From Eledone cirrhosa (lineage: Eukaryota): a stretch of 64,000 bases of DNA. The translations under genes were made by a program, and so were the position numbers. The DNA lies in NCBI GenBank assembly GCA_964016885.1, contig OZ024741.1, positions 107,632,001 through 107,696,000 on the forward strand. Direction: 5' to 3'. Positions within the stretch are counted from its first letter, which is position 1, and every line of letters begins with the position of its first letter. The notes under the pieces are model-generated. The model saw only the letters and a list, made by a program, of their open reading frames with translations, had not been told where the DNA came from and did no database searches. Below are positions 1 through 16,097 of this stretch, one piece after another.

Positions 1-3000
1 CCTAACCATCCAATTCACCACTACACCTAACCATCCAATTCACCACTACACCTAACCATCTAGTTCACCACTACACCTAACCATCTAGTTCACCACTACA
101 GTTAACCATCTAGTTCACCACTACACCTAACCATCTAGTTCACCACTACACCTAACCATCTAGTTCACCACTACACCTAACCATCCAATTCACCACTACA
201 CCTAACCATCCAATTCACCACTACACCTAACCATCTAGTTCACCACTACACCTAGCCATCTAGTTCACCACTACACCTAACCATCCAATTCACCACTACA
301 CCTAACCATCTAGTTCACCACTACACCTAACCATCCAATTCACCACTACACATAACCATCTAGTTCACCACTACACCTAACCATCTAGTTCACCACTACA
401 CCTAACCATCTAGTTCACCACTACACCTAACCATTCAGTTCACCACTACACCTAACCATCTAGTTCACCACTACACCTAACGATCTAGTTCACCACTACA
501 CCTAACCATCTAGTTCACCACTACACCTAACCATCTAGTTCACCACTACACCTAACCATCTAGTTCACCACTACACCTAACGATCTAGTTCACCACTACA
601 CCTAACCATCCTGCTCACCACTACACCTAACCACCCAGTTCACCGCTACACCTAACCATCCAATTCACCATTACACCTAACCATCTAGTTCACCACTACA
701 CCTAACCATCTAGTTCACCACCACACCTAACCATCCAATTCACCATTACACCTAACCATCTAGTTCACCACTACACCTAACCATCTAGTTCACCACTACA
801 CCTAACCATCTAGTTCACCACTACACCTAACCATCCAATTCACCACTACACCTAACCATCTAGTTCACCACGGCACCTAACCATCCAATTCACCACTACA
901 CCTAACCATCCAATTCACCACCACACCTAACCATCCAATTCACCACTACACCTAACCAGCTAGTTCACCACTACACCTAACCATCTAGTTCACCACGGCA
1001 CCTAACCATCGAATTCACCACAACACCTAACCATCCAATTCACCACCACACCTAACCATCCAATTCACCACTACACCTAACCAGCTAGTTCACCACTACA
1101 CCTAACCATCTAGTTCACCACTACACCTAGCCATCTAGTTCACCACTACACCTAACCATCCAATTCACCACTACACCTAACTATCCAATTCACCACTACA
1201 CCTAAACATCTAGTTCACCACGGCACCTAACCATCCAATTAACCACTACACCTAACCATCCAATTCACCACCACACCTAACCATCCAATTCACCACTACA
1301 CCTAACCATCCAGTTCACCACTACACCTAACCATCTAGTTCACCACTACACCTAACCATCTAGTTCACCACTATACCTAACCATCCAATTCACCACTACA
1401 CCTAACCATCTAGTTCACCACTACACCTAACCATCTAGTTCACCACTACACCTAACCATCCAATTTACCACTACACCTAACCATCCAGTTCACCACTACA
1501 CCTAACCATCTAGTTCACCACTACACCTAACCATCTAGTTCACCACTACACCTAACCATCCAATTCACCACTACACCTAACCATCTAGTTCACCTCTACA
1601 CCTAACCATCTAGTTCACCACTACACCTAACCATCTAGTTCACCACCACACCTAACCATCCAGTTCACCACTAGACCTAACCATCTAGTTCACCACTACA
1701 CCTAACCATCCAATTCACCACTACACCTAACCATCTAGTTCACCACTACACCTAACCATCTAGTTCACCACTACACCTAACCATCTAGTTCACCACTACA
1801 CCTAACCATCCAATTCACCACTACACCTAACCATCCAATTCACCACTACACCCAACCATCCAATTCACCACTACACCTAACCATCCAATTCACCACCACA
1901 CCTAACCATCCAATTCACCACTACACTTAACCATCTAGTTCACCACTACACCTAACCATCTAGTTCACCACTACACCTAACCATCCAATTCACCACTACA
2001 CCTAACCATCCAATTCACCACTACACCTAACCATCCAATTCACCACCACACCTAACCATCCAATTCACCACTACACCTAACCATCTAGTTCACCACTACA
2101 CCTAACCATCTAGTTCACCACTACACCTAACCATCCAGTTCACCACTACACCTAACCATCTAGTTCACCACTACACCTAACCATCTAGTTCACCACTACA
2201 CCTAACCATCTAGTTCACAACCATACCTAACCATCCAATTCACCACTACACCTAACCATCCAGTTCACCACTACACCTAACCATCTAGTTCACCACTATA
2301 CCTAACCATCTAGTTCACCATTAAACTTAACCATCTAGTTCACCACTACACCTATCCCATCCAATTCACCACAACACCTAACCATCTAGTTCACCACTAC
2401 ACCTAACCATCTAGTTCACCACTACACCTAACCATCCAATTCACCACTACACCTAACCATCCAATTCACCACTACACCTAACCATCTAGTTCACCACTAC
2501 ACCTAACCATCTAGTTCACCACTACAGTTAACCATCTAGTTCACCACTACACCTAACCATCTAGTTCACCACTACACCTAACCATCTAGTTCACCACTAC
2601 ACCTAACCATCCAATTCACCACTACACCTAACCATCCAATTCACCACTACACCTAACCATCTAGTTCACCACTACACCTAGCCATCTAGTTCACCACTAC
2701 ACCTAACCATCCAATTCACCACTACACCTAACCATCTAGTTCACCACTACACCTAACCATCCAATTCACCACTACACATAACCATCTAGTTCACCACTAC
2801 ACCTAACCATCTAGTTCACCACTACACCTAACCATCTAGTTCACCACTACACCTAACCATTCAGTTCACCACTACACCTAACCATCTAGTTCACCACTAC
2901 ACCTAACGATCTAGTTCACCACTACACCTAACCATCTAGTTCACCACTACACCTAACCATCTAGTTCACCACTACACCTAACCATCTAGTTCACCACTAC

Positions 3001-5700
3001 ACCTAACGATCTAGTTCACCACTACACCTAACCATCCTGCTCACCACTACACCTAACCACCCAGTTCACCACTACACCTAACCATCCAATTCACCATTAC
3101 ACCTAACCATCTAGTTCACCACTACACCTAACCATCTAGTTCACCACCACACCTAACCATCCAATTCACCATTACACCTAACCATCTAGTTCACCACTAC
3201 ACCTAACCATCTAGTTCACCACTACACCTAACCATCTAGTTCACCACTACACCTAACCATCCAATTCACCACTACACCTAACCATCTAGTTCACCACGGC
3301 ACCTAACCATCCAATTCACCACTACACCTAACCATCCAATTCACCACCACACCTAACCATCCAATTCACCACTACACCTAACCAGCTAGTTCACCACTAC
3401 ACCTAACCATCTAGTTCACCACGGCACCTAACCATCGAATTCACCACAACACCTAACCATCCAATTCACCACCACACCTAACCATCCAATTCACCACTAC
3501 ACCTAACCAGCTAGTTCACCACTACACCTAACCATCTAGTTCACCACTACACCTAGCCATCTAGTTCACCACTACACCTAACCATCCAATTCACCACTAC
3601 ACCTAACTATCCAATTCACCACTACACCTAAACATCTAGTTCACCACGGCACCTAACCATCCAATTAACCACTACACCTAACCATCCAATTCACCACCAC
3701 ACCTAACCATCCAATTCACCACTACACCTAACCATCCAGTTCACCACTACACCTAACCATCTAGTTCACCACTACACCTAACCATCTAGTTCACCACTAC
3801 ACCTAACCATCCAATTCACCACTACACCTAACCATCTAGTTCACCACTACACCTAACCATCTAGTTCACCACTACACCTAACCATCCAATTTAGCACTAC
3901 ACCTAACCATCCAGTTCACCACTACACCTAACCATCTAGTTCACCACTACACCTAACCATCTAGTTCACCACTACACCTAACCATCCAATTCACCACTAC
4001 ACCTAACCATCTAGTTCACCTCTACACCTAACCATCTAGTTCACCACTACACCTAACCATCTAGTTCACCACCACACCTAACCATCCAGTTCACCACTAG
4101 ACCTAACCATCTAGTTCACCACTACACCTAACCATCCAATTCACCACTACACCTAACCATCTAGTTCACCACTACACCTAACCATCTAGTTCACCACTAC
4201 ACCTAACCATCTAGTTCACCACTACACCTAACCATCCAATTCACCACTACACCTAACCATCCAATTCACCACTACACCTAACCATCCAATTCACCACTAC
4301 ACCTAACCATCCAATTCACCACCACACCTAACCATCCAATTCACCACTACACCTAACCATCTAGTTCACCACTACACCTAACCATCTAGTTCACCACTAC
4401 ACCTAACCATCCAATTCACCACTACACCTAACCATCCAATTCACCACTACACCTAACCATCCAATTCACCACCACACCTAACCATCCAATTCACCACTAC
4501 ACCTAACCATCTAGTTCACCACTACACCTAACCATCTAGTTCACCACTACACCTAACCATCCAGTTCACCACTACACCTAACCATCTAGTTCACCACTAC
4601 ACCTAACCATCCAATTCACCACTACACCTAACCATCCAGTTCACCACTACACCTAACCATCTAGTTCACCACTACACCTAACCATCTAGTTCACCATTAC
4701 ACTTAACCATCTAGTTCACCACTACACCTAACCATCCAATTCACCACAACACCTAACCATCTAGTTCACCACTACACCTAACCATCTAGTTCACCACTAC
4801 ACCTAACCATCCAATTCACCACTACACCTAACCATCCAATTCACCACTACACCTAACCATCTAGTTCACCACTACACCTAACCATCTAGTTCACCACTAC
4901 AGTTAACCATCTAGTTCAGCACTACACCTAACCATCTAGTTCACCACTACACCTAACCATCTAGTTCACCACTACACCTAACCATCCAATTCACCACTAC
5001 ACCTAACCATCCAATTCACCACAACACCTAACCATCTAGTTCACCACTACACCTAACCATCTAGTTCACCACTACACCTAACCATCCAATTCACCACTAC
5101 ACCTAACCATCTAGTTCACCACTATACCTAACCATCTAGTTCACCACTACACCTAACCATCTAGTTCACCACTACACCTAACCATCCAATTCACCACTAC
5201 ACCTAACCATCCTGCTCACCACTACACCTAACCATCCAATTCACCACTACACCTAACCGTCCTGCTCACCACTACACCTAACCATCCTGCTCACCTCTAC
5301 ACCTAACCATCCACTTCACCACTACACCTAACCATCCAATTCACCACTACACCTAACCATCCTGCTCACCACTACACCTAACCATCCTGCTCACCACTAC
5401 ACCTAACCATCCAATTCACCACTACACCTAACCATCTAGTTCACCACTACACCTAACCATCCAATTCACCACTACACCTAACCATCCTGCTCACCACTAC
5501 ACCTAACCATCCTGCTCACCACTACACCTAACCATCCAATTCACCACTACACCTAACCATCTAGTTCACCACTACACCTAACCATCCAATTCACCACTAC
5601 ACCTCACCATCCTGCTCACCACTACACCTCACCATCCTGCTCACCACTACACCTAACCATCCTGCTCACCACTACACCTAACCATCCTGCTCACCTCTAC
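1..5700. repeat. 25-bp tandem satellite (consensus CCTAACCATCTAGTTCACCACTACA) with ~2.4-kb higher-order repeat
   Basis: Continuous 25-bp period with central variants CTAGT/CCAAT/CCAGT/CCTGC. Rare variants recur at +2426 (positions 101/2527, 255/2681, 352/2778). Confidence 0.98.
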
Positions 5701-6154
5701 TTCATCTCAACAATTCACCAATCTACCCTGTCCTTATCACACACCCACTACAGCAAGCTTCTATTACATCACCACAGCTTCTCATCTAACAGATCATCTC
5801 TCACTCGCCTCCTGTACTTCTAACTCTCTCACACATCTCCATTATATCGATTCCAGTCGGCAATGGAATCAATAAATATACATAATAGGCAGCGTGTGAA
5901 AGCGACATCTATTATCAATATATTCGATTCTGCATCAATACATTCGACCTTTTGGTGATTTAGAAGACAAATTTTCCACAGACGAGACGTAGTTTATGAT
6001 GCATACAAGTACTATACTGCACATACGCACACATACACGTTTACACACATGCACCATAAACAAACAGATACACACACACACTTATCACACATATACACAC
6101 ACACGTACACACGCACGCGCACACACACGCACACACACGCGCACGCGCACGCAC

Positions 6155-6185
<31 letters not shown>

Positions 6186-6645
6186 TTGCAGTGCCTTTCT
6201 TACACGGAAACCAACAGAAATCGGGGTTAGGGTGACCTGACCAAATGCTATTGATTCGGCAATGATATTTGGCCAATAGAATTGCTAAAACAAAGTTGAA
6301 TAGAGTGAAAGATGGGACAGAATTGAATGGCTTAGCAATCATAGTAAATAGATACATACATTTATAATGTTATATACATATATTTACGCGCGTACACACA
6401 CATACACACACATACATATATATATAGTACATATATATAGTACATATATATATATATAGTACAGATAGACATACACACACACACACATATATATACGTGT
6501 ATATATAAACAGAGAGTGAGCGAGAGAGAGGTAGAGATAGAGAGAGAAAGAGGGAGAGAGAATGTGATAGAGAGAGAGAGAAAGAGAGAGAGAGGGAGAG
6601 ATGGAGAGAGAGAGAGAGAGAGGGAGAGAGAGAGGGAGAGAGAGG

Positions 6646-6820
6646 AGGGGAGACAAGTGGCAAATTGTAGTTTGAACGTCGTTGGGACGTCTCTATAAGA
6701 TGCTTTGCGGTATTCGTTCTGGCTTTTTGCCTTCTCTCACTTATCCCACTGAAGTCAACTTTGCTTTTCATCCTTTCGATGTTGACAAAAAAAGTACCGA
6801 TAAAATACTAGGGTCGATTC
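6646..6820 (+). mobile_element. Degenerate tRNA-derived SINE (octopus-type)
   Basis: gtcaactttgcttttcatcctttcgatgttgac..agtacc matches the SINE core seen in many copies in this window. Confidence 0.7.
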
Positions 6821-7083
6821 TTTCTCTATATCTCCTTCGCACTTCTTCTCTATCACACACACTCTCTCTCTTGAAGAAACCGACTGTGTTCACACCGGGA
6901 AAGGGAGGGGCTTCGCCAGATGTTATTATCATACTTACTCCGCAAGTTTGATTAGACTAAATATACATAGTCAAAAGATGCAGGAAAGGGATAAGAAAGG
7001 AGGTACTGATTATGTTTGCCATAAAATGCCATAAAGAGAATAAGGGAGGAATTTGTTTGCACTCCGTACTGCTCTCTCTAAGA

Positions 7084-7112
7084 GTTGTTGTTGTTGTTGT
7101 TGTTGTTGTTGC

Positions 7113-7155
<43 letters not shown>

Positions 7156-7275
7156 CTTCTTCTTCTTCTTCTTCTTCTTCTTCTTCTTCTTCTTCTTCTT
7201 CTTCTTCTTCTTCTTCTTCTTCTTCTTCTTCTTCTTCTTCTTCTTCTTCTTCTTCTTCTTCTTTTTCTTCTTCTT
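7084..7275. repeat. Compound (GTT)n(TTC)n microsatellite
   Basis: Direct reading. Confidence 0.98.
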
Positions 7276-7439
7276 CGTGAGAGAGTCGTGACGGCAGAGT
7301 CCTCAAACACCCCTTTCAACAGGTCATATCAGAAGCAACCATCTCCAATTGATCCGACTCGATCCCCAAGCGTGACAAGCCAAGCTCGTGGATGTTATTC
7401 AATTATCTAGATCGGAGTCTACCCATGGACTCCTGTTGG

Positions 7440-7700
7440 TTGGTTTTGCCCATAAAATTTCGGCCGTTTGTATTTGCGATCGTATTCTTTCGGTCATTAT
7501 CCAAGACTCATTACAATAGGTAAGGGTTGGTACGAAAACCGAATTGATGATAGCGATTTTGGCTTTTACACCTCCATCCCTTCTTATTACAGAATGCTGA
7601 AGCTGGCGCATTACTGTCTTCCATCACTCGTGAACATGGCCCCGAAATACTTGAACATCTGCAGCATCAGTGGAACTCCATTCACATGTAGAGTTAATTG
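7440..7700 (-). pseudogene. RTE-like LINE RT/thumb fragment
   Basis: KAKIAIINSVFVPTLTYCNESWIMTERIRSQIQTAE resembles the post-RT 'P.LTYG.E.W' LINE motif. Confidence 0.65.
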
Positions 7701-8299
7701 TGAAAAAGTTGTAGAGGAGCAATTTATTTTGCGAGTTGAATATCTTAGCAATCTACCACTTTGTCATCAAAGCGCACCCACACAGACACACTCACTCAAG
7801 CACTCACACATAGAAACAAACACCCACTCACATACACACCCACATCCTCCTTCTCACTCCCCCTATATGTATGTTTGTATAATGATCTTATCATTCCCAT
7901 AGCAATTTATGCTGAGAAATAATACATAGAAAAACATAATGGAAGTTGAAAAAATGAGAGACAGTCACAATGACTGATATCAGCAGAAACCTGGGTTGAA
8001 ATCAGATATACACACTTTCATAAAAAGAAGGAGGTTAAACTGGTTTAAAATGCCATCAATAGAAGCGATGATAGCTATGTCAAAATAGGAAAAGGTCATT
8101 GAATCTAAATTTGAGAGGACGCTGGAATACCGCTACTCACACTGGACAGAATTGTTCTGCCCAGGAAAAAGTGGAAGGAATTTGAGGACATGACGCGTGC
8201 AAGGATCCCGTCGTGATTATGCAATTGAGATAAGATAGACAGAATGGTTGCATTTGTTAAGGGTATGTCAATATTTATTTATAAAACTAACCTATATTA

Positions 8300-8365
8300 T
8301 ATTTTATCTGATGAAAGCGCACCATAGTTTACTCTGGTGGCCCTTGAAATATGTATAATGAAATA
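8300..8365 (+). ncRNA. Type I hammerhead ribozyme (family A)
   Basis: attttat-CTGATGA-aagcgcacca[tagtttactc]tggtggccctt-GAAA-tatgta-TA-atgaaat; followed by AATAAA and (TA)n at ~8408. Confidence 0.8.
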
Positions 8366-8403
8366 AATATGGTTTTATAAATATAGTTTCCATTTGTTAA
8401 TAT

Positions 8404-8452
<49 letters not shown>

Positions 8453-11315
8453 TGGTTAACTCACAAACACGCCATATTTTCAAAAATGCATCGCATACAG
8501 AAAATCTAGACAAAGTCTTTCAAATACGATATGATTCCAGACAGGTTTGTTAATCCCAAATATCCCCTGAACACACGTCTTTATAGAAAACAATATTATG
8601 ATCCCTTCCAGTCATAATCATATGGTTCCATGCATGGAAAGCAATATCTACAGCAGCGTATTGTTTACAAGAGAACGGTGGGTAGCAGAACAATACAATG
8701 CATAAACGCCATCAAACGCTAAGCGAACACAGAAGACGTCACTGTAAATAACCACCGTTTATCCTTTGCCCATTACTCTGAAGCTGGCCACTGAGTCGCA
8801 GCTCATCCGCCTTCATCACAAGGATGAAACCATTGACCACCTGAAAGTTTTGTCACCAAGGTGGCTAATGAGTCCCACCTACACAAGTTTTGAAATCAGA
8901 ATCGTCCTTCTCCTAGACAGACTGCCAACCAAAGCTAGCGACCTCTGTCTATCCTTTTGTTTTTATTACATACTATGCTCGGTGGGGTTGCCGACGGCCT
9001 GACCATGTCACAGGTTGTATTGCATTACATATTACCAGTAGTGCTCCAGAGCGATTTGACATAAACGTGCTAATACCCCACTATAACCCCCCCCTACATA
9101 CACACAAACACAAACACATAAACAGATGCACACACATACACGTAAACACACATACAGTCTCTCACTCAAAATCAAATTAAAACGAAAGTAGACATGTCCC
9201 AAGTCATCTCATCCAAAACGTTATTTCATTTAAAAACCTATTAACAAAATTAGACTGAACTGTTAATTAAAGCAATCAATGCATTATTGAATTTGTTCTA
9301 CCTTTGTTGTTCCCTTAATCACTTATTTAATACAAAAACAAACAAACATTTTCTTTTAAATAATAATTTTTATAACAAAATTTGCTGTTATTAACGGTCT
9401 TAGATAATTAAATACCCCAATGATTTATAGATGAAACAAAAAATAAAAATAAAATGTATGTAAAACAAAAATTATGACACAACAGGTTATTAAAATTTAT
9501 ATGTTATCTATTCACTATGGGTAGATGAAATAATTTTTCTTTTATTTTAATTTTAGTAAATGTTTCTTTCTATCGTAGATATTTGGTCAATTAAGGAAGC
9601 TGAACGAGGAAATAACGAGTTGATGTTGAAATTGATAGAGCTTATTGTCTGACCTTCTATTATTAAAGGTTATAGATGTCTAGATCAGATATATACCCAT
9701 CAAAAACTTACCAGAGTTACTGATGTTTTACCATCTTGCATCTTATGTCTGTGAATAGGGGTGTTTATAAGTGTATATGTTTATATAATTCAGCAGAGTG
9801 ACTGGACTGCCGGTATACGTCATTGCCAAGATGCTTAAGAATATGGAAGATGCATATACACTCCCGCATATATGCCTGTGTACGAGTGTGTGTGTATGTG
9901 TGTGTTGATTTATATGCGTGTATGTATGTGGTATGTACATGTGTGTTTATGTGTGTATATGAGCATGTGGTGTGTACCTGTGTGTGTGTGACCGTTGGGC
10001 CCATTTTACCGTCAATAGTGAGATTTTACCCAATATTCTAAGCTATTATTTATAACAATGAGCTGTATTTACAGTTATTTCATGCGTTTGTGAATTTTAT
10101 ATTTTCTAGGAATATATATTGTAATCCTCCTCTTTCACAAAAGAAGCCTCAAAAGCCATAAATGGTGACTTCATGTAAATTAGATTCGTCTGAAAATCGA
10201 AATCTGCCTGGAAACAGTTTATATAAACAGCTTCTAACACGATCATGCGGACGCAGCTTAACCGAATGTTTACGAATTTCGCTTTGCAATCATAATTTAA
10301 ATCTTTATAATCTTTATAATATTTATGTATTGATAAGATAAACTCGGCTCAAATTCATGTCTAGTGTGTAAAATTGAGTCGTCCATCTGATGGACTGTTT
10401 GAGAAGTTCATCGGCTGGACATACTTGTAATCAAAATTTGTCAGCGTGGTCACTCGGTGTTTCTGAGAATTATGTTAAGAGAACATGTGTCTGTGGAATA
10501 TTCAGCTAATTTCCGTTTTTCAACAATATGAAAACTGATAGTGGAAACTGATGGAATTTCACTTCATCTAGAGTAAGCATTCAGATAGTTTAAAAACATA
10601 ATGCAGGTTTTTAACACAATAGTTGAAATTATATGGGGATTATCTGGGGTCCCTGGTTCTCCCCATCATGATTAGCAAATTCACAAGAAGTTTCTCCAAG
10701 TGGTAATCAAAAGCTGAGTGAGAAAAGCGAAGAAGATGCGAGTGGGAGAACACCATAGACACTCACTTGAAATGTGAAATAATATTAGTGATACAACTCA
10801 CCGGCGTTTAGAGTTTGGAAACAATTTATGTTATGTTTTTGTTTATGTTCTGTTACTGTTAGTATCATTCTTCCAGAGATATATGATAGACAATACTTCT
10901 CTCATATATATATGTACAGAGAGAGAAAGAGGGAGGGAATGGGAGAGAGAGAGCGGGGTGGGAGAGAATGGAAGAGAGAGGGGGAGAGAAAGGGAGAGAG
11001 AGATAGAGAAAGATGCATTTATGGTTTATTCACATATATCTATCGATTAACCTCTCCACTTCTCTCCCTCTCTCTACACATACACGCACACATATATATA
11101 TATAACCTCCCCAATTTCTTTAATATTACACATATACGTTCGTGCTTACTTCTCTACCATTTGCCCCGTCACGTTCACCCTGTCAGTTATCACATACGCG
11201 GTTGTTCATTCACCATAGATTCCTATGGCTCTCTTATAGTCAGAAACATATACTCTTACAGCTGAAAGAGACCAACAAAATACACACACACCTCTACCTT
11301 TCACTTCACAGCTCT

Positions 11316-11384
<69 letters not shown>

Positions 11385-11754
11385 TATTAACATCATTTTG
11401 CTCACGGCTTCGTACTTACAAGCACAGTCACACTCTTTTACTTACATATACACACACATATCCTCTTAGATTCGTACGGACGTATAATAACACACACATA
11501 CACACATACACACATACACACACACACACATACACTCATACGCACGCGCACCCGTATAGCTCTATATACAAAACAGTTTTTTTCCATTTCAGGTAGACAC
11601 GCTCCATCATCCACTTTTCTAAAAAACATATACATAAAACGCCAGCATCAACAGTTTTCAAAGAGATTGCAACATGAATGGACTTGTTATTTTTCTCTAA
11701 AAACATTTTTTTTCCACCCGCCCGTCTCTTCAATATATCTTACTTCTCATTCTT

Positions 11755-11790
11755 TCTTCTGATGAAAGACTAACGTCCGAAACGTTAATA
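11755..11790 (+). ncRNA. Degenerate minimal hammerhead-like motif
   Basis: CTGATGA-aagac[taac]gtcc-GAAA-cgtta; stem I is poor. Confidence 0.4.
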
Positions 11791-11863
11791 CCTTCTTCCT
11801 GCTATTTCAAGCGTTAACCTAATATATTCCTTCCATATACTGTACGGATTGGGTTGCTATTTC

Positions 11864-11985
<122 letters not shown>

Positions 11986-12361
11986 ACACACATACACATA
12001 TATATATATATGTCAACAATTACCCACACACACGCACTGTCGGACACATGAAGGTTTACATCAAGTGTGTCAAATATGTACATATACGTACCAAGGAGAC
12101 CCACATTAATACAGAACATAGGAAGAGAAATGAAGTTGGTTTATATTTATAAGTGATTCATATATAAATTATGTGGCAGCTCTCAGGAGATTCAATATTT
12201 ATGTATGGCTTCAAGTTTACAAATATCGGGAAACTATATACATACTATTGGATAATTGAACTTTTCGATATTGAATACATACAGCATACATATATATATA
12301 TATATATATATACATATATGCCTGTATACATACATATATACGTACATACATAAACGTACGC

Positions 12362-12419
<58 letters not shown>

Positions 12420-12460
12420 GTATAGCCCCATACCCACAGATGCATATATATATATGGGGC

Positions 12461-12502
<42 letters not shown>

Positions 12503-12544
12503 GCCCCATACCCACAGATGCATATATATATATATATATATATA

Positions 12545-12665
12545 TTTATTTATTAAAATAACAGATTAAAGTTTAAGCAAAGAATCGCTGCTTTCACCCT
12601 TAACGGGATCTTCTGAAACTAACAAAGTCAATCTGTAAACGCAGAACTGGATATTTCAAAAAACA
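12545..12665 (-). mobile_element. Solo 3' end (pLTR fragment) of the Naiad-like PLE, with CAGAAGA hammerhead-like fold
   Basis: Near-identical to 25293-25410; abuts (TA)n. Confidence 0.9.
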
Positions 12666-12855
12666 TTGTGTATTGGCGGTGACTATGTTTATCGCCATGT
12701 GTACATTATTTCGATGAAATAAACATACTCTTACAAATTAATTCTAAATTTTGTGTCCGTTATAAAGAATGTTTTCCAAAATATTGTAGTGTAGGTAAAA
12801 GTGTAATGGTTTTAAATATTATTTTTACATCACAACCTTCTGCTAAATGAATATA

Positions 12856-13040
12856 ATTGTTTCTACTTTAGGCACAAGGCCAGCAATTACCCAGTACATT
12901 ACTGGTACTTTATTTTATCGACCCCGTAAGGATGAAAGGCAAAGTTAACCTCGGCGGGATTTGAATTCAGACTGTAAAGGGAGGTAACTATGCTAGAAAA
13001 CATGGCGTCCAACCCTCTACCGATACTGCCAATTCACCGC
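12856..13040 (-). mobile_element. tRNA-derived SINE with target-site duplication
   Basis: Core ttttatcgaccccgtaaggatgaaaggcaaagttaacctcggcgggatttgaa; ctaaatgaatataat on both sides (~12843 and ~13040). Confidence 0.9.
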
Positions 13041-13574
13041 TAAATGAATATAATGATCTCATGAAAGTAATTCCTAAAAAATGTAATTAGCCAAATTTTA
13101 ATATCATGAAAATTAAAAAGAGAATTAAAATATTTCATTGAAAGCTATTAAAATAATGTGTTAGTGGAGATCTTAAAACGTCACTGCAATATAAAGCGTA
13201 TTAAATAACGAAATGAAGTTATGATAGTAAGTGTGTCTAGATCAGTGTTTGTATAGCATATCTGTTAGATGGAAATGTTGCATTAATATGAAAATGCTGC
13301 ATAAGCAAAAATAATGACAATGTTAGCAGTAAGTACTGGAAAATTCTATCTAAAAATAGACAAAGAAAAACTTCGTTGCAAAAGAAGAAAAAGCTATGCA
13401 ATGAGATCAACTATATCAGCGCTCAACTTATGGCTTTATCAGTGCTTAACTAGTGGACATATCAATGTTCAACATAGATATATCCGTGTTCAATGTGCTA
13501 CATCAAACGTTCAACGTGCTCCATCAAATGTTCAATTTGTGTCTACATCAAATGCTTAACATGTGTTTGCATTA

Positions 13575-14060
13575 AATGCTTAATATGTCTTCAGGCCTTT
13601 CAGTCGCTTCCACAACAAAACCTCTTTCACTAACGCTCCAAGACAGAGAAAAACGGCCTCTCCTTCCCGGCCAAAAGCATATGGTTGGGAGATCTTCATG
13701 ACGAAGTCAGTCGATAGGCGGACCTGTACTACACGCGACAATATTTGTTCGAGAAATCTCCACAAGTCAGCAATGCTGGGATATTGGACGAGTACGTGCA
13801 GAACAGTTTCTTTGCACTGCGCACATCACAGACAGGTCAGTCTGACAGCACTTGAATGCCTGTACATTTTGTCTCGAACCGGCAGTGCCAGACCAAAGAC
13901 TTCTGGAAATTATCCATAGTGCGAGGACCGAAAGTTCTCGTTGACGCCCAGACTTTCTCCGAGAATTTCGTCGCACTTACCCACCACTAGTCTTCCATAG
14001 AACGCTTAAGTGGATTTCCACTGACCACATTGCCAGACTTGTAGAGGGCTGTGAGCGCTT
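13575..14060 (-). pseudogene. Tx1/L1-like LINE 3' ORF2 fragment
   Basis: Similar to 34380-34720 and 35800-36130 (GREGEAVFLCLGALVKEVLLWKRLKGL). Confidence 0.6.
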
Positions 14061-15107
14061 AACAACATCCTAGATGTCAGGCACACAATCATGGTCTTCG
14101 CCATGAGACGAGCTGTGGAAAATCCTGCCTTAAAAACGCCGACAACCTCTATTCACTGTTTATGAATACCTGGAAATGTCGTAGCTTCAGTGCATGTTTG
14201 CGCATCATCAACCAGGTTATGCCCAACTTTCTGCGTAGAGTGTGTTGTCAGTGTTACCAGTGGAACCTGTCTCTTTGACAAGATATTACCTCGTCCAATG
14301 TCTTCTTATACAGCTACATTTAATACATGTACATAGAAATACGTGTGTATGTAGAAACAGTTTATATAGCTTAGAGAGAGCTGCCAGGAAGATGCATATG
14401 TGACTACACAACAACATAGAGACAGGGAGAACAAGTGAATGTCTTTCAATTAGTACCGCAAAGTGATTATGAAAACAAATAACAATAAAATGTTTCACGA
14501 CTGAAAACAGTACAGGATACGGTGCAGACAAGTTGTGCAAACGGTAATGCCGGAAGGAGGGAAATATAAATAGATTAAATTTGCCACTGGAGGACTACAA
14601 ATATGTTTAGTGAAAGTTAATATAAACAACTACGAAGCATGAACAAAGCAAACAATTGTTTTCTAGGAAGCCAACAAGTACAAAACAGAAGTTGAATTTA
14701 CAGATAGTTATGAAGAAAAAGAAAAACAGGAGTGAAAAACAGTGGTGAAAAGCTGAAATCTAAACTAGAAACAAATCTCGAGAACGTCATGCTAGCGCGA
14801 CATGCCACAGAACACATAGAAGGAGATAAATAGATAAAAGTCACTTGATCAGATGGTATAGTCAAATACCATAAAGAAATGCCTTATAATTGACACCTTT
14901 AGATAATCAGAGCTGAACTACATCGGCGTCATGCCTTAAGATGTGATACAGGTTATGTAACCCGCCAGGCCTTAAGCCGTTCCAATAAAGCGAGACACGT
15001 GTCATACGATTATGCGAATAAGAATGTGTTAAACAGTAATTTTTCTCTTTCACACTCATATATAGATACCCCCCCCCCCCCCCCTACACGCGCGCGCGCG
15101 CACACAC

Positions 15108-15204
<97 letters not shown>

Positions 15205-15671
15205 CGCACACACATATATATATATATATGTAACGCATCTTTGAATATTCATATTTTATTCAAAGCCGTTTGTAGCATAGCAAATATATTTCAGCAATTT
15301 CAGCATTATACCAGAGTTGCTGTCGCTATAGTTATATCTAGATATAATAGGATTATAACAAAAGTTTAAGCTTTGAGACTAAACTGCAGAACTTTGCATA
15401 TAATTGATTAATTTTAAAGGAAATAATTTCTCCATTTTTTTTCCATCCTGAAGTCAGAAAGTTCAAATGGAAAGGTGCCATCAGAGGAAATTTCCGTTCC
15501 GTTTATGAGCGAAATTGCAACGTTATCACAGCAAAATATGTTGTATGTTGTATGACATTAGTTAACAAATATGAAAGAAGATAAAAGTAACATACATTGC
15601 CAACTTTAATACATATATATATACAAACATAGACACAAGCGCACAAATATATTTATTATATTATGTTCCCC

Positions 15672-15779
<108 letters not shown>

Positions 15780-15887
15780 ATCAAAAGATGGTTATATATT
15801 ATGTATACTCAGTCCTACAAACTGTAGAGTGCTTCTTATCCGATATCTGCATTGTTTTATTGTACTACAATAAAACTCACCTCCTAC

Positions 15888-15950
<63 letters not shown>

Positions 15951-15963
15951 GTATATGCATATG

Positions 15964-16044
<81 letters not shown>

Positions 16045-16057
16045 GTATATGCATATG

Positions 16058-16095
<38 letters not shown>

Positions 16096-16097
<2 letters not shown>

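Noticed and set aside
1-5700. CRISPR array or true telomere
   Set aside because: No unique spacers; the unit is 25 bp, not a pure TTAGGG/TTAGG run
5996-7410. HT/VC/YI/ER and homopolymer ORFs here and throughout the track
   Set aside because: Artefacts of (CA)n, (TA)n, (GA)n and triplet repeats
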